Source: Squalus acanthias
Lineage: Eukaryota
Assembly: GCA_030390025.1 (NCBI GenBank)
Contig: CM059431.1
Span: 117,430,001 to 117,494,000 of the forward strand
DNA length: 64,000 nt
Direction: 5' to 3'
Numbering within the stretch: the first letter of the stretch is position 1; the number at the start of each line of letters is the position of its first letter. The notes beneath the pieces were generated by a model. That model did not search any database and was not told the origin of the DNA. It saw only the letters and a list, made by a program, of their open reading frames with translations. Shown one piece after another: positions 60,814 through 64,000 of this stretch. Made by a program: the position numbers and the translations under genes.

Positions 60814-62596
60814 TGTAGGCTTCGCAAAATCCCTCAAAAACTTGTATAGAACCCTAAAGGGGGTGATGAAGGAATTTGAGGTCAAAACCTCAGTTCTGAA
60901 GTACATTTTGACAGGATCAAGGAAGGAAAAATACAAGCCATGAGGAAAATGACTTTTGGATGATAAGACACCTTTTTAAAAGGGCCATTGGGTAAACCTG
61001 CAGTCACAGAAACACAGGCTGTGGGAAAGGGTGTGGTGAGGCAGTGGACAGCTTTCGGTATTGGGACCAAGCCAAGCTGTCTGGTAGATGTTTGCACTGC
61101 AATCCAACCAAGGCGGAAGAGCCTCATCCAAAACCTCACAAACACATTCAAAAATGAATAAACCAAGACCCCTTTTGAAATCCCCAGGTCCAGACAGAAT
61201 GCTGGAAGTCTGAAAACAATTCCTAACAATAAAACTTCCAGTACACAGCTTTATAGCCCATCATCCCATCAAAAACCGATTAGCCAAGTATCGACCGGAA
61301 CAGTTTAACAAGCCCGCCAAAAACCTGAGACAAAAGGAGTGAGATTTGGCGCGTAGATAAAGGCCCTGTCTAAATGGAAGACATCGGAAGCCATCAGGAC
61401 AAGTTAACACAAAGTTAAAGTCATCAGACTTAACGAGCCCGCCAAAACCTAAGACAATAGAATAAACAGGCCTCAACTGAAACCTAAATCACTTCAACGA
61501 GAAACTGATTTAGTAAAGCAGTTCTGGCGCTAAAAACACAGTAGGCTTGAACAGTATAATTGAGGACCTAATCCCCCAAGAAGTTAAGTTACTCGCAGTT
61601 CAACACACAGCCACACGACACGAGCAGGAGGAGAGACAAGCAGCTAGGCCACGAGGCAGGCAGACCCGAGGCGAGATCGGAGGCAGGGACAGACAAGGCC
61701 AGGCAAGAGCTAGAACTGAGACCACGAGCTGGGAGCGAGTCGGCATCGCTCAACATACGGTCCAGCTCTAGCAGACACTAGCAAAGGTCATTGGAAGCTG
61801 GGAGCGAGTCGGCATCGCTCAACACACGGTCCAGCTCCAGGAGGTACCGCCCCGACAGACCTCCAACGCAACGAACCAACAACAAGATCCGCCAAGGGCT
61901 CCACGAGGTAAACCGACACTTGAAAGTACCGCGGAAACCAAGGCCCCGCGAAGCAACCAATCACCTGGCGACACCGAAAGACCAACACCAGGAAAACCCG
62001 AAGACACACAAGTTTCCACGCTACAAACTATTCCTGACTTACCCCAGGGTAAGATTTTCCCTTAAAAAACTCTAAACCCTACCTCTAAGGAAGAAAAATC
62101 GGGTACTCACCTGATAGAATCCAATACGCACCTTACTGCATCTGCGGACAGACCCAAACTGACCTGGAGTGCAGCTGAAGTCTTCCACCACGTCCGGGGT
62201 ACGGCAGGCCCCAACAACCAAAAACCTCAGTGAACCCCGAAATCGCGAAATACCTCAACTGTCAAGAACTGTCAATTGGTGAGCATTATCCCTGATCCTC
62301 TGGAATTAAACCTAGCTAGGCAGTGGGATTGGGAGGGATAATGGGTTTTGTATATTGTCATTCTCCCTCGCCTGTACCGTGTGTTCCCCAACCTGTGTTT
62401 AAGCATTAAGTGTGTTTTAAGTTTGTTACCTTTTTCTTTAATAAAAGTCAAAACTCTTTCATCAAAACCTGTTGTCTACTGCATCTTTGTTCACAACCCC
62501 CAAATAAGTCCAAAGTCTAGAACCCGGGGCGTGGGAGCGATTCGAACCGCTCACTGAGTCAGAGGTGAAGCTGACCCTACCACACCACCCCCTATA
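60814..62596 (+). mobile_element. Solo LTR copy 3 (1783 bp), distant relative of copies 1 and 2
   Basis: Starts TGTAGGCTTCGCAA (copy 1 sense start TGTAGAATTCGCAA) and ends CCCCCTATA (CA mutated to TA inferred). TSD AGCC at 60810-60813 and 62597-62600. AATAAA at 62440-62445. Shares donor and U5 motifs with copies 1 and 2. Confidence 0.82.
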
Positions 62597-64000
62597 AGCC
62601 TCCAAATCTTTTCTTTGCACAAAGTCCACTTGAGGAAACCGCTGCTCCTGGATAGAAGTAATTGACTTTGGTCTGGAACACCCGCTAAAATGCACCCATG
62701 AATGGGCACAGAGGTAATTTGGGTTACATAGACACGGCTGAGATGAGATAAAACATAAGAAGAGGACCTCCCTCCTTACTCCTGGTGCCTTTTATTAGGA
62801 GGATCAAAAATTATTACACTCAGTACCCTAATGTTACAATAAATATTACAATATCTAATTAACCAACTGTTAGCGTACAGGTGCTAAACTTAACTGGATC
62901 AACAACCTCAGCAAACACAAATACAGTCCACAAAGAAAGGCTCACGCATTCAACAGAAGTTGTCCTTTTTTTAGTGAGTCGCTCCCTCTGTCCCCGTTCC
63001 TTCAGGTTAACAGCTGCACAAAAATAGTGCACACAGTGATATAGCGTGAGCGTGTTAAGCAGTTGTATGCCAACTTGCTGATTGGATGTTCTAAGTGAAA
63101 TAAATTAGGTTAATCCGGAGCACTATTTCAAGTGAAACCATTGCTGCAGGGCAAGTGGGATAGCTACAAAGAGTGATTAATAACTGGAATTATCTGCTGG
63201 GTGGGGTAATGGAAGCAAAAGAACTGGAATTATTAAATGCTGTGTTGGTGTACTTCACAGCCCTGATTCTGTGACCCATGAGGGGAGATTGAAAAGACCC
63301 AGTGATGGTGCAGGGCCTCACAAAATTGGGCCTTCGGTTTTTTTAATGGAATATGAACTAGGTGGCTACCTGGAACTACTTATTTGTGATAACAGCTTCT
63401 TTTTCTGCCACAAAGCTTGACATCAGGAAATTTGTGGTGTGCATGTCCAGAAATTTTAAAAGTGACAGGTCATATCTGCAAATTTAGATATTAGGAAAAC
63501 CATTTTCCTTGACCCAATTCAGGTCATTTTGTGAGTTGAATTTGATGCAGCTCCCTCCTTATTTACTAGCTTGAACAAAAACCGCCTGGAGATCAGAGTA
63601 TTTCACCTAAAAACAACACTCTTCAATGTATTGAAGTTACAATGTTCAGAAATTTTAAAACTCAAATCAAATGGATGACTACATTCCAGGATTCAAACAA
63701 TTTGGATATTTCCCTTCACTCTCAAGCCTGAAGAGTTGCTTGTTATCCTAACCTTAGGTCCAGACATTCAGAAGTCATGCATAACTAAAGACTGCTACTG
63801 AAGATCAAAATTAAAACTAAGACCACAGAAACTTTAGTATTGCAAGTAAGATAACTCTGGCTAAGAACATTTGAAAATGGTGAACTGTAGTTTTACTGTT
63901 GCATTGTTTTGTATCTCACAGCAGGGCCTCTGCTTCAAATTAATATTTTAGATTGTCAGTTATTGCGTGCGATTGATATTGTGCATATTCGTTTGTATTC

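Noticed and set aside
62526..62592. A true tRNA-Sec gene (CTTCA in the anticodon-like loop, - strand)
   Set aside because: No D-arm or long variable arm, 8-nt loops, and the loop is not conserved in the other two LTRs; kept only as tRNA-like.
61089..62728. Alternative LTR boundaries TGTTT...TTACA with TAGA flanks
   Set aside because: 60814-62596 matches the terminal sequences of the sister LTRs and has TSD AGCC; this pairing looks coincidental.

Overview
Repeat-saturated vertebrate genomic DNA, most likely an intronic or intergenic stretch from a cartilaginous fish (inferred from HE1-type V-SINEs and SacSINE1-type DeuSINEs). No intact host gene is supported; there is one weak candidate exon at 42517-42618. 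Nearly all ORFs in the track are pieces of, or antisense shadows of, transposable elements. These include CR1 LINEs (one near full length), L2 LINEs, a second CR1/L2-group LINE, two Penelope-like (PLE) families, many PIF/Harbinger elements (fossil transposase and Myb/SANT genes, plus nested non-autonomous copies), Tc1/mariner MITEs and SINEs. There are also three related 1.6-1.8 kb solo LTRs with 4-bp TSDs. The most notable signals are: (1) the U5 ends of all three LTRs carry, antisense to the LTR, a covarying tRNA-like multi-stem fold with Pol III A/B-box-like motifs; (2) five minimal hammerhead ribozyme motifs in PLE ends, including a 111-bp ribozyme-only insertion with a 12-bp TSD; (3) very young inverted PLE twins; (4) a locally templated inverted copy of a CR1 ORF1 segment. 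All alignments, folds and identities were done by eye, so boundaries without a stated TSD are approximate.
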